From the NCBI GenBank assembly GCA_010093815.1, contig ML996579.1: DNA of 64,000 nucleotides; one strand, 5' to 3'. Every line of letters begins with the position of its first letter. Position 1 is the stretch's first letter. A program made the translations under genes and the position numbers. The notes beneath the pieces are model-generated. The model was not told the DNA's origin, searched no databases, and was given only the letters and a program-made list of their open reading frames with translations. The DNA is from Pseudovirgaria hyperparasitica (taxonomy: Eukaryota). Positions 26,111 to 36,889 of the stretch are shown here, piece by piece.

Positions 26111-28297
26111 GTACGTTATACATCAATCTATACATACGTATGTACGTCCATGACAACGGTTTTACGCGAAACAGCGAGAGAGCGGTTTCGGTACTGTCTG
26201 TGTGCCTCTGGTGTCATAGGGCTGAACTGTAAGTAGTACATACACAAGAACAGGAGACAAAGAACACGACGACGTGAGCAGGAAAGGGAAAAAAAAGAAA
26301 AAGGCAGTCGGGAGCAAGAGAGAGGGACTCGTCTGTCATTGTCATCGCAAAAACTAGAAAGCAGCAATGCGAGGAGAAGAATCGTACGATTTCTGCATAT
26401 TTGTGGCTGTAGAGGACTCATTCTCAGGCTCGCGCTCAGTCTCATTAATCATCTTCATCGTGTTTCTTTTTTTTTCATGGGGGCTTCTCCGCTGCAGCTA
26501 GCTCTTCCAAGACTTGAAACAATCGAGAACATAATTACGAAGCATCATTCCATTGGGAACATTCAAGTGGCGCCGGCGCGGTAGCAGGGACGAGAGGCTT
26601 CTTTCTCGTGGTTGCCACGAGGTAATGATGCCATGTCCGTGTCCGTGTATGCGGTGGTACACCGTACATGCAGCCTGAGCGAATGGATGGATACATTCTT
26701 GAAGTGTGCTTTATGCTCGATACACATGCAAAGGTGCGTCTAGTGCGTCTGTCCTGTGGTATACGTGCAGTAAGTGTGTCGTACGACGTGCGCGGATGTG
26801 TCTTGTCCTTTTGTCCTTGTCTTAGCTTGGCTCGTAGGGCGCAGGGTGCTGTTCAACATCACACGGCGTTTGGCGAGAAGGTGAGCGGCATACGAGGTAT
26901 ATGGTACGATTTACCACGTGGTTTTGGCATGCGCTGCTTGCGGGGGGCCGATTTTATGCAGTGCATGTACGCCCATGGTTGGGTTCCATGGAAAGGGGTT
27001 TGTTTGTGTGTGTGATGGTGGTGGTCCAGGGGGGCGTGCGGGTGGTTCTGGACCGCGTGGGAGCCACGAGGAGTAGTGTCGGGTGTACGATGGACGATGT
27101 CAGTTAGTTGATACAGCATCTTGGAATACTTAAAGTAGAGCACACGTCATAATGATAATCACGATGTTGAAAACTGCGGAGATGGTAGATGATGGGTGGA
27201 GGGTGGGTATAGATGCGGATCCTCGAGTACCGACTTTTGCGTCCGGGAATTATTGGCATCGTCATCATCGCAAAGAACAACACGATTTGACAATCAATTA
27301 TGTCTGTCTGTGTATGATTATCCAAGACGAGTTGGCAGCGGAACAGCGGATGGAAATCATGTGTGTAGCTGCGGCGGGCGTTGCATCCGAAGCCACAGCT
27401 ACTAGTACTGCTACTCTTACTATTGTTACTACTACGTACGGTCTACCATCTACTGTATCAGAATTACTACTGCTACCAGTAAGCTGTCGGTGTTCTCGCG
27501 TCTCGGCTATGGTTTCCGGTGGGACGACAGCGCCATCCGGTCGCCCCGACGCCCCAGCCCCCAGCCAGCCCGGAAGAGGGCATAAACGCACTATTATGTA
27601 TGCATTATCTCGCCTCGCCCTGGCTATTTTTGGCCTGCAGTCCTGGCCATTGCCGGCCTAGATCGTCAGGGGAATCGGAGCTGCAAGAAGGACCGCAAAC
27701 GGTGGTGCAGCAAAAAGGAGATTATTTATTGGTGTCGTGAGATGGGCAAGGCTTCACTCAGCTGAGGAGCAGCGAAGCAAGGGCTTTCTACCACGCCTCT
27801 TACTACTCTACTCTACGATGTCCGTCGCGTCGACTTGTTGCTATTCCTCAATGCCTGTTGCCCGCAAAGAAGTTTGAAGTTCGTTAAAAGTGATGGCGGC
27901 CGAAGTTCAAAGTTCGATAGCGCCAGCCACCCGCGCCCGTCGATGAACCTAACGTAGTCGCCCGTTTCCGCACTGCCATTGGTTGATTGTCGCTAGCCCT
28001 ACCAAAACAAGCTAGCGTCTTACCGGGCACCCACCTACATCCCTTCCAACAATCTCCAAATCTTGGATGTCCCCCAACGCTACCTAGGTATACCCAACGT
28101 CGTATTGGCTCTCCTCTATCTCCCAATCACCACATAATCCACTTTGTGATGTAGCGTGCAGTTTCCATGATGCCCATACACTTACATATTGCATAGCCTT
28201 CCTCTAATAGCATGTCTGCGGCCCTGTGTTTCTTTCTCTGCCTCCTCCTACCACTGATCTAATATCTAATATTTAGTCTCGCTTTGCATTGCGAGCT

Positions 28298-29839
28298 ATG
28301 AGGTCGTCATGGAAATCTACTGCCCAAGCATTGAGCGCTTCGTTGGTGTTTGGTGCCGCCATTGCAATTGATCTTGATGTGAACAGTGAAGGTGCGCATT
28401 CCGTCATACCGCATATGCTGTACAACCTCTCAAGGCCCGCCCTGACATCTTTCCAGACTCCATTCGTTCTGCTGCCTCGACCATCGCAGAGGGACTGTCG
28501 CATTACTACAAGAATGGCGGCTCAGACGTCGCCGCTGATGAGGTTGGAGTCCTGCCAACTCCCTACTATTGGTGGGAGGCGGGTGCCATGTGGGGAGGCT
28601 TGGTCGATTACTGGGCCTACACTGGCGACGACGCGTACGTGGACAACACGAGAAACGCCTTGGTTGCGCAGTCTGGTCCGAACAGGGACCTCATGAACCC
28701 AAAATTCTTTACGAGCACGGTGTGTCTTGAGATTGAAACCCCGGGACGACGGTTATGGCCTGTACTGATTCGACTGCAAATAGGGTAATGACGATCAAGC
28801 TTTCTGGGCTCTGGCTATGATGTCTGCCGTTGAGCAGGATTTCCCGTCTCCACCAAAGGATCAACCGCAGTATCTCGACGTCGCCAAAGCTGCCTTTGAC
28901 ACCCAGGTAGCACGATGGGACACGGCTGGATGTAGCGGTGGCCTGCGCTGGCAAGTATTCGACTACAACCCCGGATGGGCATATATGAACACCATCTCGA
29001 ACGGCGGCTTCTTCCAGCTTGCCGCTCGACTCGCCCGATACACCGGAAACAACACGTACGTCGAGTGGGCCGAGAAAGCCTGGGACTGGACCGAGAAGGT
29101 TGGCCTCATCACAGACAAATGCGCCGTCTTTGACGGCACCGACTCGGCCAAGAAGTGCATCGACGTCAACCACCTACAGTGGACCTACAACGTCGGCATC
29201 TTCATGCACGGCGCCGCCACGCTCTACAACTACACCAACGGCAGCAGCTTATGGGAAGACCGCGTAAACTGCATGCTGTCCGGCTCCTCCATTTTCTTCT
29301 CCCCCTACGAAAACGCAACCGACATCATGTCCGAGGCCGGCTGCGAGCCCATCGGCACCTGCAACACTGACCAGCAGTCCTTCAAGGCCTACCTCGCCCG
29401 CTGGATGGCAAAAACCTCCGTCCTGGCACCCTTTACCAAAAACGCAGTCTCCAAACTCCTCCAGGCCTCCGCTAAAGCTGCCGCGCGCTCCTGCTCCGGC
29501 GGCTCCGACGGCGTCACCTGTGGCACAAAGTGGTATACCGACGCTTGGGACGGCGCCTATGGTGTTGGCCAACAGCTCGCCGCCCTTGAGGTCGTTCAGG
29601 CTCTCCTCATTGGCAGTGCTGCCGTCCCGCGCACCCAGCCTCAGGTCGATCTAGAGCCCACACAGTCCCCTGAGCCGGTGCCGGTGCCCTCGAAGACTAC
29701 CTCGGTGGAAATCTTACAGTCCAGCACCGCTGCTCCCGAGCCGTCGAGCAGCGACGGCGCTGCGGCAATGTCAAAGAGCTTGCAAGTGCCCCTCGCTGTC
29801 GCGTTCGTTGGTGGCGCTCTCGGCATGGTGGCGTTGTGA
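28298..29839 (+). CDS. GH76 endo-alpha-1,6-mannanase, Dfg5/Dcw1 type, probably GPI-anchored; 3 exons (28298-28391, 28457-28719, 28784-29839)
   Basis: Signal peptide; YYWWEAGAMWG; catalytic GNDDQAFW; CSGGLRWQV; NTISNGGFFQLAARLARYTGN; QWTYN; DQQSFKAYLARW; Ser/Pro linker and hydrophobic C-terminus. Confidence 0.93.
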
Positions 29840-31002
29840 GTGAGTGAGGGGGGGTAAGATGGAGGAAGGCGAAAGATGCCTGTGGGCTTATTTTTTTTTC
29901 TCTTATTTGTGTGTATGCATACACACGGTTCATGGATATCAGGGCATTGGTCGGCGTTGTTCTGGTATAGATGGATGGATTGATGGATAGAGGGGCGGAA
30001 AGGGATAGACAAGAAGTTCCGGAGGGAAATTATCGGCATAGACGTGGCTGACAGCGCGGCGTAATGAGCTAGCATAAAGAATTTTGCGTCTCTGGTATAG
30101 AAAGCAATGAATGAATGCACGTTTCCTGTAGAGAGAATCTTGTGATTTGGTTGTGGAAGCATGCAAGCTAGTTTCAGTCTTTGGAATGAGACTAGTTTCG
30201 GTGACTGGAATGTTGTGTGTGAGCTGTTTATATCTAGGAGCGTGGGCGCGTGTGGCATTGAATGGCATTGGATGGCAGTCGGACTATGGACTATGGATCG
30301 GTCGTGCCTGATCCATTTATCTGGCTGTCACTCCTGACACTTGTCTCCAGCCGCGCTTCTCCCATACTACGATTATAAAAGCATAAACCAATTGTCGAGA
30401 TTTACAGGTAAATCAGTGCACGACCTCCGAATAGATAGCAGGACTACAGAACCTTTTTCTAAATGCTACTAGGTTATGGCCCCCGTTCACGATATAGTGG
30501 CGTGCATTGCAGTATCACCAAGGACGCAAAGGGCTACGAGACATCTGCAGATGCGCCGTTGACTCTAATAGACCAAACATTCTATGTTTGTTTGAGGCGA
30601 CTAGCTGGTTGACGTGTCGAACATGGCTATGTGGTGAACAGCGCTTCGGCTGCCTGTTGTCCTTTCTTGTACATATATTGAAAGTTTGCCGTATGTTTGT
30701 TTGATCATGTCCTTCAACAGCGATGAATCCTTCTTGGTAAATGTGCCACTGCAGCCGAGTCGAACACCACCTGCCCAAACCTGGGATCGAGGCGTTTGGG
30801 CGCAACCGCAACCGCTCATGGTGGCAGTGTCCCAATGACCAGGACGAAGACTATTTTCAGCGCTAATGGGAGCGCACACTCTACGGTCTGGTGGTAGTAA
30901 ACTAGATCAGTCAACAGACGCTGGAAGTTTGGACATATGTATTGAAGTAGTCCTTCATTTATGGCACGCTCATAATGCCAAGTCAGGGTAGCTTTCATAT
31001 AG

Positions 31003-31048
31003 TACTTGTCCTAGGAAAATGGTATATTGACCACGTTAAGTACAAGTA
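31003..31048 (+). repeat. Left boundary site: core TAGGAAAATGGTATATTGACCAC inside a TACTTGT..ACAAGTA inverted repeat
   Basis: Core 31012-31034 aligns with 33292-33315 at 20 of 24 columns. Perfect 7-bp arms at 31003-31009 and 31042-31048. Confidence 0.6.
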
Positions 31049-31114
31049 GCGTTCTCTCTCTTTCTTACTTAAGGATAAAGTAGAGGACAGCGAACTAGAC
31101 ATACCTGATAGTAA

Positions 31115-31894
31115 TTAAGGTGTACTCAATGAATGCATCACACGCTCGAGAACCATTTTAGCCGACTCAGCTTCCTGTTTCCAACAGAGTGCAATAATCT
31201 CGGCGAACAGTACTTCGCTCAATACCGGAAATCTCCCATCCTGATACAATTTCTCTATCTGATCATCGTCAGTCAGCTCTTCGTACGGCTCGTGCCCAGT
31301 GGCGATAAAGAAGATCGTCGATCCCAGACCAAAAAGGTCCCCTTTAAGTGCCTTTTCTTTTGGATCTTTCGTAAACAAGCCCGGCAGTCTATATCGTGCT
31401 CCAGGGAGGACCTCCGGCCTCGAGCCATCCACCGAAGCCCCACCAAAATCACAGATCTTGAGCCCAAGATCGCCATCAAGCAGGAAGTTATGCGGCCCGA
31501 CATCACTCTGAATGACGTGATGTGAGTGTAGAAGGTCGACGGCCTCAGCAGCCTCCTTAACCCACTGCTCCCTCTGAGACCGTAATATCTCCTGCCTATG
31601 CTTCTCGATATACTCCTTAAGACTGCCGTTGGGCATGTATTCTAACGTTAAGATATGATTGGCCGAGTCCCAGTTCTTGACTTGTACCAGTCGGGGATGC
31701 GATCCAAGTCTCTCGTATACGCGCGCCTCAATAGCCATGTCGTTTCTGCAGGTTGCGGCGTTGGGGACCCCTATCCAGGGGGACTTGATTACATCTCCTG
31801 ATTTGAGACGCTCTACAAGCCCGGTCACTCCCATTCCCAGGACCTCCCCCTGCACCTTGATAGTTTTATCAGCCTCGCCCTGGAGAAATGTCAT
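31115..31894 (-). CDS. Compact intronless protein kinase-like protein (~259 aa, kinase domain only)
   Basis: Gly loop LGMGVTGLV, VIK lysine, helix-C Glu (MAIEARVY), LEYMPNGSL hinge, catalytic loop VIQSDVGPHNFLL, ICDFGG, GDLFGLGS. Start taken at ATG 31894 (MTFLQGEA). Confidence 0.85.
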   Translation of the reverse strand: MTFLQGEADKTIKVQGEVLGMGVTGLVERLKSGDVIKSPWIGVPNAATCRNDMAIEARVYERLGSHPRLVQVKNWDSANHILTLEYMPNGSLKEYIEKHRQEILRSQREQWVKEAAEAVDLLHSHHVIQSDVGPHNFLLDGDLGLKICDFGGASVDGSRPEVLPGARYRLPGLFTKDPKEKALKGDLFGLGSTIFFIATGHEPYEELTDDDQIEKLYQDGRFPVLSEVLFAEIIALCWKQEAESAKMVLERVMHSLSTP

Positions 31895-32334
31895 GTCCTC
31901 GAGGCTCGGTCTGCCTGAGCTGGTGTGACTGCAGGAGGCTGCAAAGTGCGTACATATCAAAGATTAGCTTACCAGGTGGAATCTTAAGAAAAAAAGCATT
32001 CTTTGGGATAGCTTCATACCTGGAGAATTTGATGCCTTTGAGGTCATTTTACTTTATTTCTAGTTATGGAGTTTCGCCGCTACTGAGAATGTGACCGAAG
32101 TTCACGAGTGGGAGACTGGTTGTCCACTTATTATTTTGTATCAGAAGCCGATCGCCAAGAATTAGCGGTCTACTAGCGTAGTTTCTCATATGGATCAAAT
32201 TTGGGTTCTAATTAGTAGTGTTTGAGTTCCGTTTGCAGACTTTACTTACCAATATTTTATCCTTACTTAACTACAATATCACTATCTACCACCTTTCATC
32301 TTCATTCTTCATCCTAGTAGAGCTGCGGAGTGTA

Positions 32335-32486
32335 TGCATGCACTCGCCCGGTTCTTTTCATTTCCCACGCCGCCCTGAACACATTAAAGCAACTTTCCTG
32401 ATATATGTCATGGATTATAATAAACGTAAAATCTCATCATACAGAGTACGAAGAATCATTAGGGATTGAGCGGGCGAGTGCATGTA
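32335..32486. mobile_element. MITE-like element (~150 bp)
   Basis: Perfect 14-bp inverted repeat CATGCACTCGCCCG (32337-32350) / CGGGCGAGTGCATG (32471-32484), extendable to 16 bp with one CA>TA change. Non-coding AT-rich 120-bp interior. No clean target-site duplication. Confidence 0.45.
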
Positions 32487-33059
32487 GCCCGTATCGATGA
32501 CCGGATGTGATGTTACTGGATCACGACACTCGTTCCTGATACATTGCTATGCCGACTCAACGCTGGCTTTCTACATGGCTCGCGGCGCATAACGAATCAT
32601 TTTAAAGGACTTGATCTCCAGGTGACCTAACCCAAGATTTCTCGACCACGACTGAGTCCTTCGAGTGATCATCAGGTACACCCGGACACAGTTACCCCGA
32701 TATTCAAGGCGTGGGAGGGAGGCTGATATGGGCTTCATATGCTCAATGTCGTGCGTGCTTTGAGAAATCGTATCAGGTTCTCCCTCACACGCAGTTGCGG
32801 CCACATGTGGCGTATCAAGGAGTAGGGGACATACCTGGGGGTAGTTGATTCTGAGGGAGGTGGATTTATTGGTTCATGGCTCCAGAAATGTTGCACTTGA
32901 AGCAGCAGGATGACGTAGAGCTGTGTTGACAATGTGGAGATAATTTGTACGGACCACCTTGCGATGTATTGCGGTACCGCTCGATAGCGACAGTGTGCAT
33001 GGCTTGAGGAGGTTTAAAGGTAAATAAGTCACGCAAAGTACTCTGCTACTCGAAATTAG

Positions 33060-33420
33060 TGGATAAAGTAGTCGATCCCGAATAGACGTGGATGGAGGAT
33101 ACTTGGATAAGAATATGAATAAAAGTAATTAAAGTCTATCTATAGCTGTCCTTCTTCTGTATCTAGATCTATAGACTACTAAATAGATATAGTGTTGGGC
33201 TAGAAGAGTAAAATTCTATACTAGTAAGTATAAAGCTGTAGGAAATATATACAGACTAGAATCCCTGGCTTAAAAAACCCTTAGGTACTCATAGGAAAAT
33301 TGTGATATTGACTACCCACGAGACTAGAAATCAATACTTAGTATTATATCCAGTATATGTATACAGGACAAGGCCTAATTTGTACAGATAATACTGCTAT
33401 GCCCTCCGTTCGTGGTATAA
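33060..33420. other. AT-rich, TpA-dense tract consistent with RIP mutation
   Basis: For example tctagatctatagactactaaatagatatag and ctatactagtaagtataaag; visibly TA-rich and CA/TG-poor against the flanks (judged by eye, not computed). Confidence 0.55.
33288..33322 (+). repeat. Right boundary site: core TAGGAAAATTGTGATATTGACTAC inside a CTCATAGG..CCCACGAG imperfect inverted repeat
   Basis: Arms 33288-33295 and 33315-33322 become a perfect 8-bp pair (CTCGTGGG/CCCACGAG) if two G>A transitions are reverted. Followed by ACTAG. Confidence 0.6.
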
Positions 33421-33757
33421 CTTATTCCTTTCTAGCTACCGTTTACAGGGCTAGGAGCGTTGAGACGTTTCATTTAGATCCCGTCTGTCCGTCACACTGT
33501 TGACAATAAGGGATTGGCATTACTTCTAAGGTATGTGATTTGCACAAAACGTAAGGCCCAGCTGATCCAAGGCCAGCATTAGCCGTCACGAAGCATACCC
33601 AAAGCGCAGATACGTAGGTCAAGAATGGTTCAAACTTAGTTTCATTTCCTATGTATACCGCAATCCTTTAACCCCATCTGAACAGCTTGGTATCATACGT
33701 TCTATGCAATCCAGCATTCCCAGAGCCTTGTCTTTGAGCTCTGAATCAAATTTTCTA

Positions 33758-35186
33758 TCAGATTTGAGCCACCGCTTGAGCGGACATAGGCTGGGCTTTT
33801 CCAACGACATCACCTCTAGCCAGTTTGCTCGAGACAAAGAAGTGTGCTAGATCTCGCGCGGCGAGAGCGTCTTCAAAGCTGTCATGGCCTCGACTCTGCT
33901 TTGATTGTATCTCCCTGCCAAGGTGTACTCGGCAGAGAGTCTTGAGAGTGTGTGGACCCTCTCCTTTGGCATGCTTTTTCGGTGCGGGTGCAGGCCCTCT
34001 GTCTGCCCCCAGACCTTCTGCTCATGAGACGGGTGGTTAGTTCGTAGCGGTTTTCGCGGTATTGTGGGCTAGAGCTTACCAATATCCCTGACTAGAGAGT
34101 TTATCATATCTTCTGTAACATCGTTAGGGCCCTTCCCCTTTTTTTGACCTCCTTCTCTTTCTTCGTCGTCTTCATCGTTGTCATAAGCTCTCATCTCCTC
34201 TGCAGCCTCGTCCTCCTGAGTTTGCGACACTGTTTCGTTGGTAATTTGTTGCGCAATCAACAGCGTATCAATGACCTGCATATGTATCCATCGCAAGGCA
34301 GCGAGATCGTTGTTTGCGGCATGACCGATAACAATAGTAGCTGGCCCGACGTGTTTCCAGACAGCTGCCCGGGCGCGTTCTCGCCCCATTATACACCTCT
34401 TCTCCCGTCGAGCAGATTCCATATCCTTGCGAGTGACGCCCGAGAATCTTGTGTTGAAATGTGCCATTGGCACGGCGGGATAGACCAAGGTATCGAGCAG
34501 TCTGGCTGCAGTAAAGTAGTCAATCACAGTGACTCGGATGAGTTCAGAATCTCCTTCAACGCTGGTGCCCATCTCACAGTCGATTGCGACTGCAATCGAT
34601 TCTGCTCTGCCGTCATTCGGCAACTGAGGTGTTGCGCGGTATCCGAATTTTTTTCTGAGCTCTGCTAGACTAGTTGATTTGGGGACATGCCATTTACAGC
34701 CTCGACAAGGGCTGGCTACTTTTGCTCCGTTGGTTTGTCCGCAGCAAGTCCATTGCTTTGGCTTTCCTCGCGATGCAGAGCTGTAGTGGCCAGGATGGAA
34801 TCGGCATCGGATGTCTCGTAGACTCTTAACTTCGTTGAATTTTACCTCTGGTGGAGCTGTGTGTGGCTTAGGTGCCGATGAGGGGGCTTTCGTGTTCGGA
34901 AGAAGAATGACTTCATTTGCATGGGGGTCTACATTCTCAGGGAGGAGGTTGCCGTTCTTGCAGGCTAAGGAGGCTTGTTAGGATTAGATCATAGAGTATT
35001 AATGTACAACTCACAAACTCCGCACTTCTCGCACCTTCTCTTCAATAACAGATCACGATCACTCAAAGATCTCAATACATAGCCCTTCTGAGCCATTGTT
35101 TCTTCCGGTAACTTAAAGCTGTGCAGTGCCGCAATATGAGGAATATAAGCCTCAAGAGTAGCTTCGGGAGAGGATATCGAAGTCAT
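33758..35186 (-). CDS. DEDDh 3'-5' RNA exonuclease, Rex1/Rex3-like, with Cys/His-rich N-terminal region; 3 exons (35186-35015, 34964-34080, 34017-33758)
   Basis: CEKC and CRFHPG..WTCCG..PC..H; ExoI AIDCEMG; NTRFSGVT; ExoII VIGHAANNDL; VIDT. ExoIII GHDSFEDA is recovered only after the intron 34079-34018 (GTAAGC..CTAAC..CAG). Confidence 0.88.
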
Positions 35187-36889
35187 GCTTGAATCGGTTC
35201 GTAAGAGCTAATGGAGGTTGCTGCAACACGAAGGTGATTGTGAGCGCTGGTTCAGTATCTTATCTCTGACTGTTGTGCGTAGCTTCTGTGGCGACCTACT
35301 AAGATCTTTGCTGTTGCGCCGTTTGTACACGAAGATTTAGAGTTCAAGACCTGCTGTAGGCTCTGCTCCTACAATTGTCTAGTCAGGGGAAGCGGGACAA
35401 AAGTATGGGGCGGTCAAGAGACGTTGTCTGAAGAGTGGTTGTCAATCCTGTGGGATGAAAAGGTTGAAGAAAATGCGTTCGCAATATTTTGTTTTCTCTG
35501 AGTCACACACGACATGCCTGTAGAGCGTGAAACGTGGCGCTGCGTCGTTAGGTTCACAAGCTACAAGCCCATGAAATGTGTAGTACAACACATGCAGCAA
35601 CTTGGTCATCAAACGTCACGACTCGGTCCGCCATATGTACCGAGTCCTCTACTAACAATAACACTACGGTGGTAAATCGTACGTGCCAAGCAGAATCCCC
35701 GCAAGCGTTCAATTGTCAGTTTCAACGAATTCGACAGCAAATTTACAACAAATATTGGCATCAACTCCGGTCATCTAACCTCTACAACCCTCTGTATGAA
35801 CCTCGGACTTCCCCTAAGTTCCACAGTCAATCCACCTCGTAAAACGAGAACAAACGACTTCTGAACCTACATTACATCTCATCAATACACAAACCACACT
35901 TGTATCAATATCACAGCGAATGATGCTAGGGCTGCGCTATATGCATATGGCTACACAGTTGAAGCACAGGACCAGCCGGAGAGAGACACCAGAGGCAAAC
36001 AGAAGGATACATAGAGTGATGTAGAACATAAAATTGTCATTGAAAAGAGGGAGAGATGGCGTTACTGGAACCCACCAAGCCCGGGACAGCGTAAGCCGCA
36101 GCGTATGCCTCTGGAGAGTGGTGTATTAGACAGAGTGGGAGTTCCTGAAGGTAGTTGATCGGAAAATGTTCCCGAAGAATGTTTTATGAAGAGGCGGTCA
36201 AGTTGCACGATCTTATGTCAAGGCTAATATAGCGAGGTGCTTGGAGAAGTGCGCTGGTGATGCCTGTTTTTGCGATGGTGAGGTTGGCGTGAGTGGAAAA
36301 GGATTCGGTGATTCAAGCCTGGAATGAATGTCAGGCTAGTATCAAGAGGAAGATGGACCAGGGAGGTCGGTACACATCTAGGCAGATATACAGTGATGAG
36401 TGCTAGAGAAGAAGGGGGAACCAGAAGGAATTTGACAAGGGACTGAAAGGAAGCATCGTGAGAAGCACCAAAGCTAAACGCTGACGGTATTGTATTAGGG
36501 ATAGCGGACTATATACAATTGGTTCGTTATGTTTGTTAGTAGATCGGAAAATTGGTTACTTGGATAGCGTCATTGAATAATGTCTGTATGAGAACAGGGC
36601 TTGGTCAATATCGATACAATATGTGAGAACTGATCACTTCTAAAATGTGTTGAGTTATGGTCTAAAGTTGATGGTTCTACAGAATTTATCTCATCTTCGC
36701 TGCGAATACTATGCTATGCTGTCATCTAATGCGAGGGTATATGTTGTGGTAAATGCTCCACTGTGCAGGTTCATCTGTCCCATGCACTTCTCTAAACATT
36801 ACTTCTCGAAAATGATTACGTATCCATACACAGCAACCTCCATACTGCATGTAACCACATAGGCCGCCTTGATGCATATGCTTGACTCC

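Noticed and set aside
26380..26690. ATGATG..CTGA patterns suggesting further C/D snoRNAs
   Set aside because: C boxes are imperfect (ATGATGC), rRNA complementarity is only 8-9 nt and not positioned at a D box, and no host intron is visible.
30500..30960. Interrupted protein-like plus-strand frame left of the island
   Set aside because: Too fragmentary; no recognisable family.
32571..33000. Second gene inside the kinase island
   Set aside because: A good-context ATG (33000) and a GTATGT donor exist on the minus strand, but no consistent reading frame or family could be assembled.
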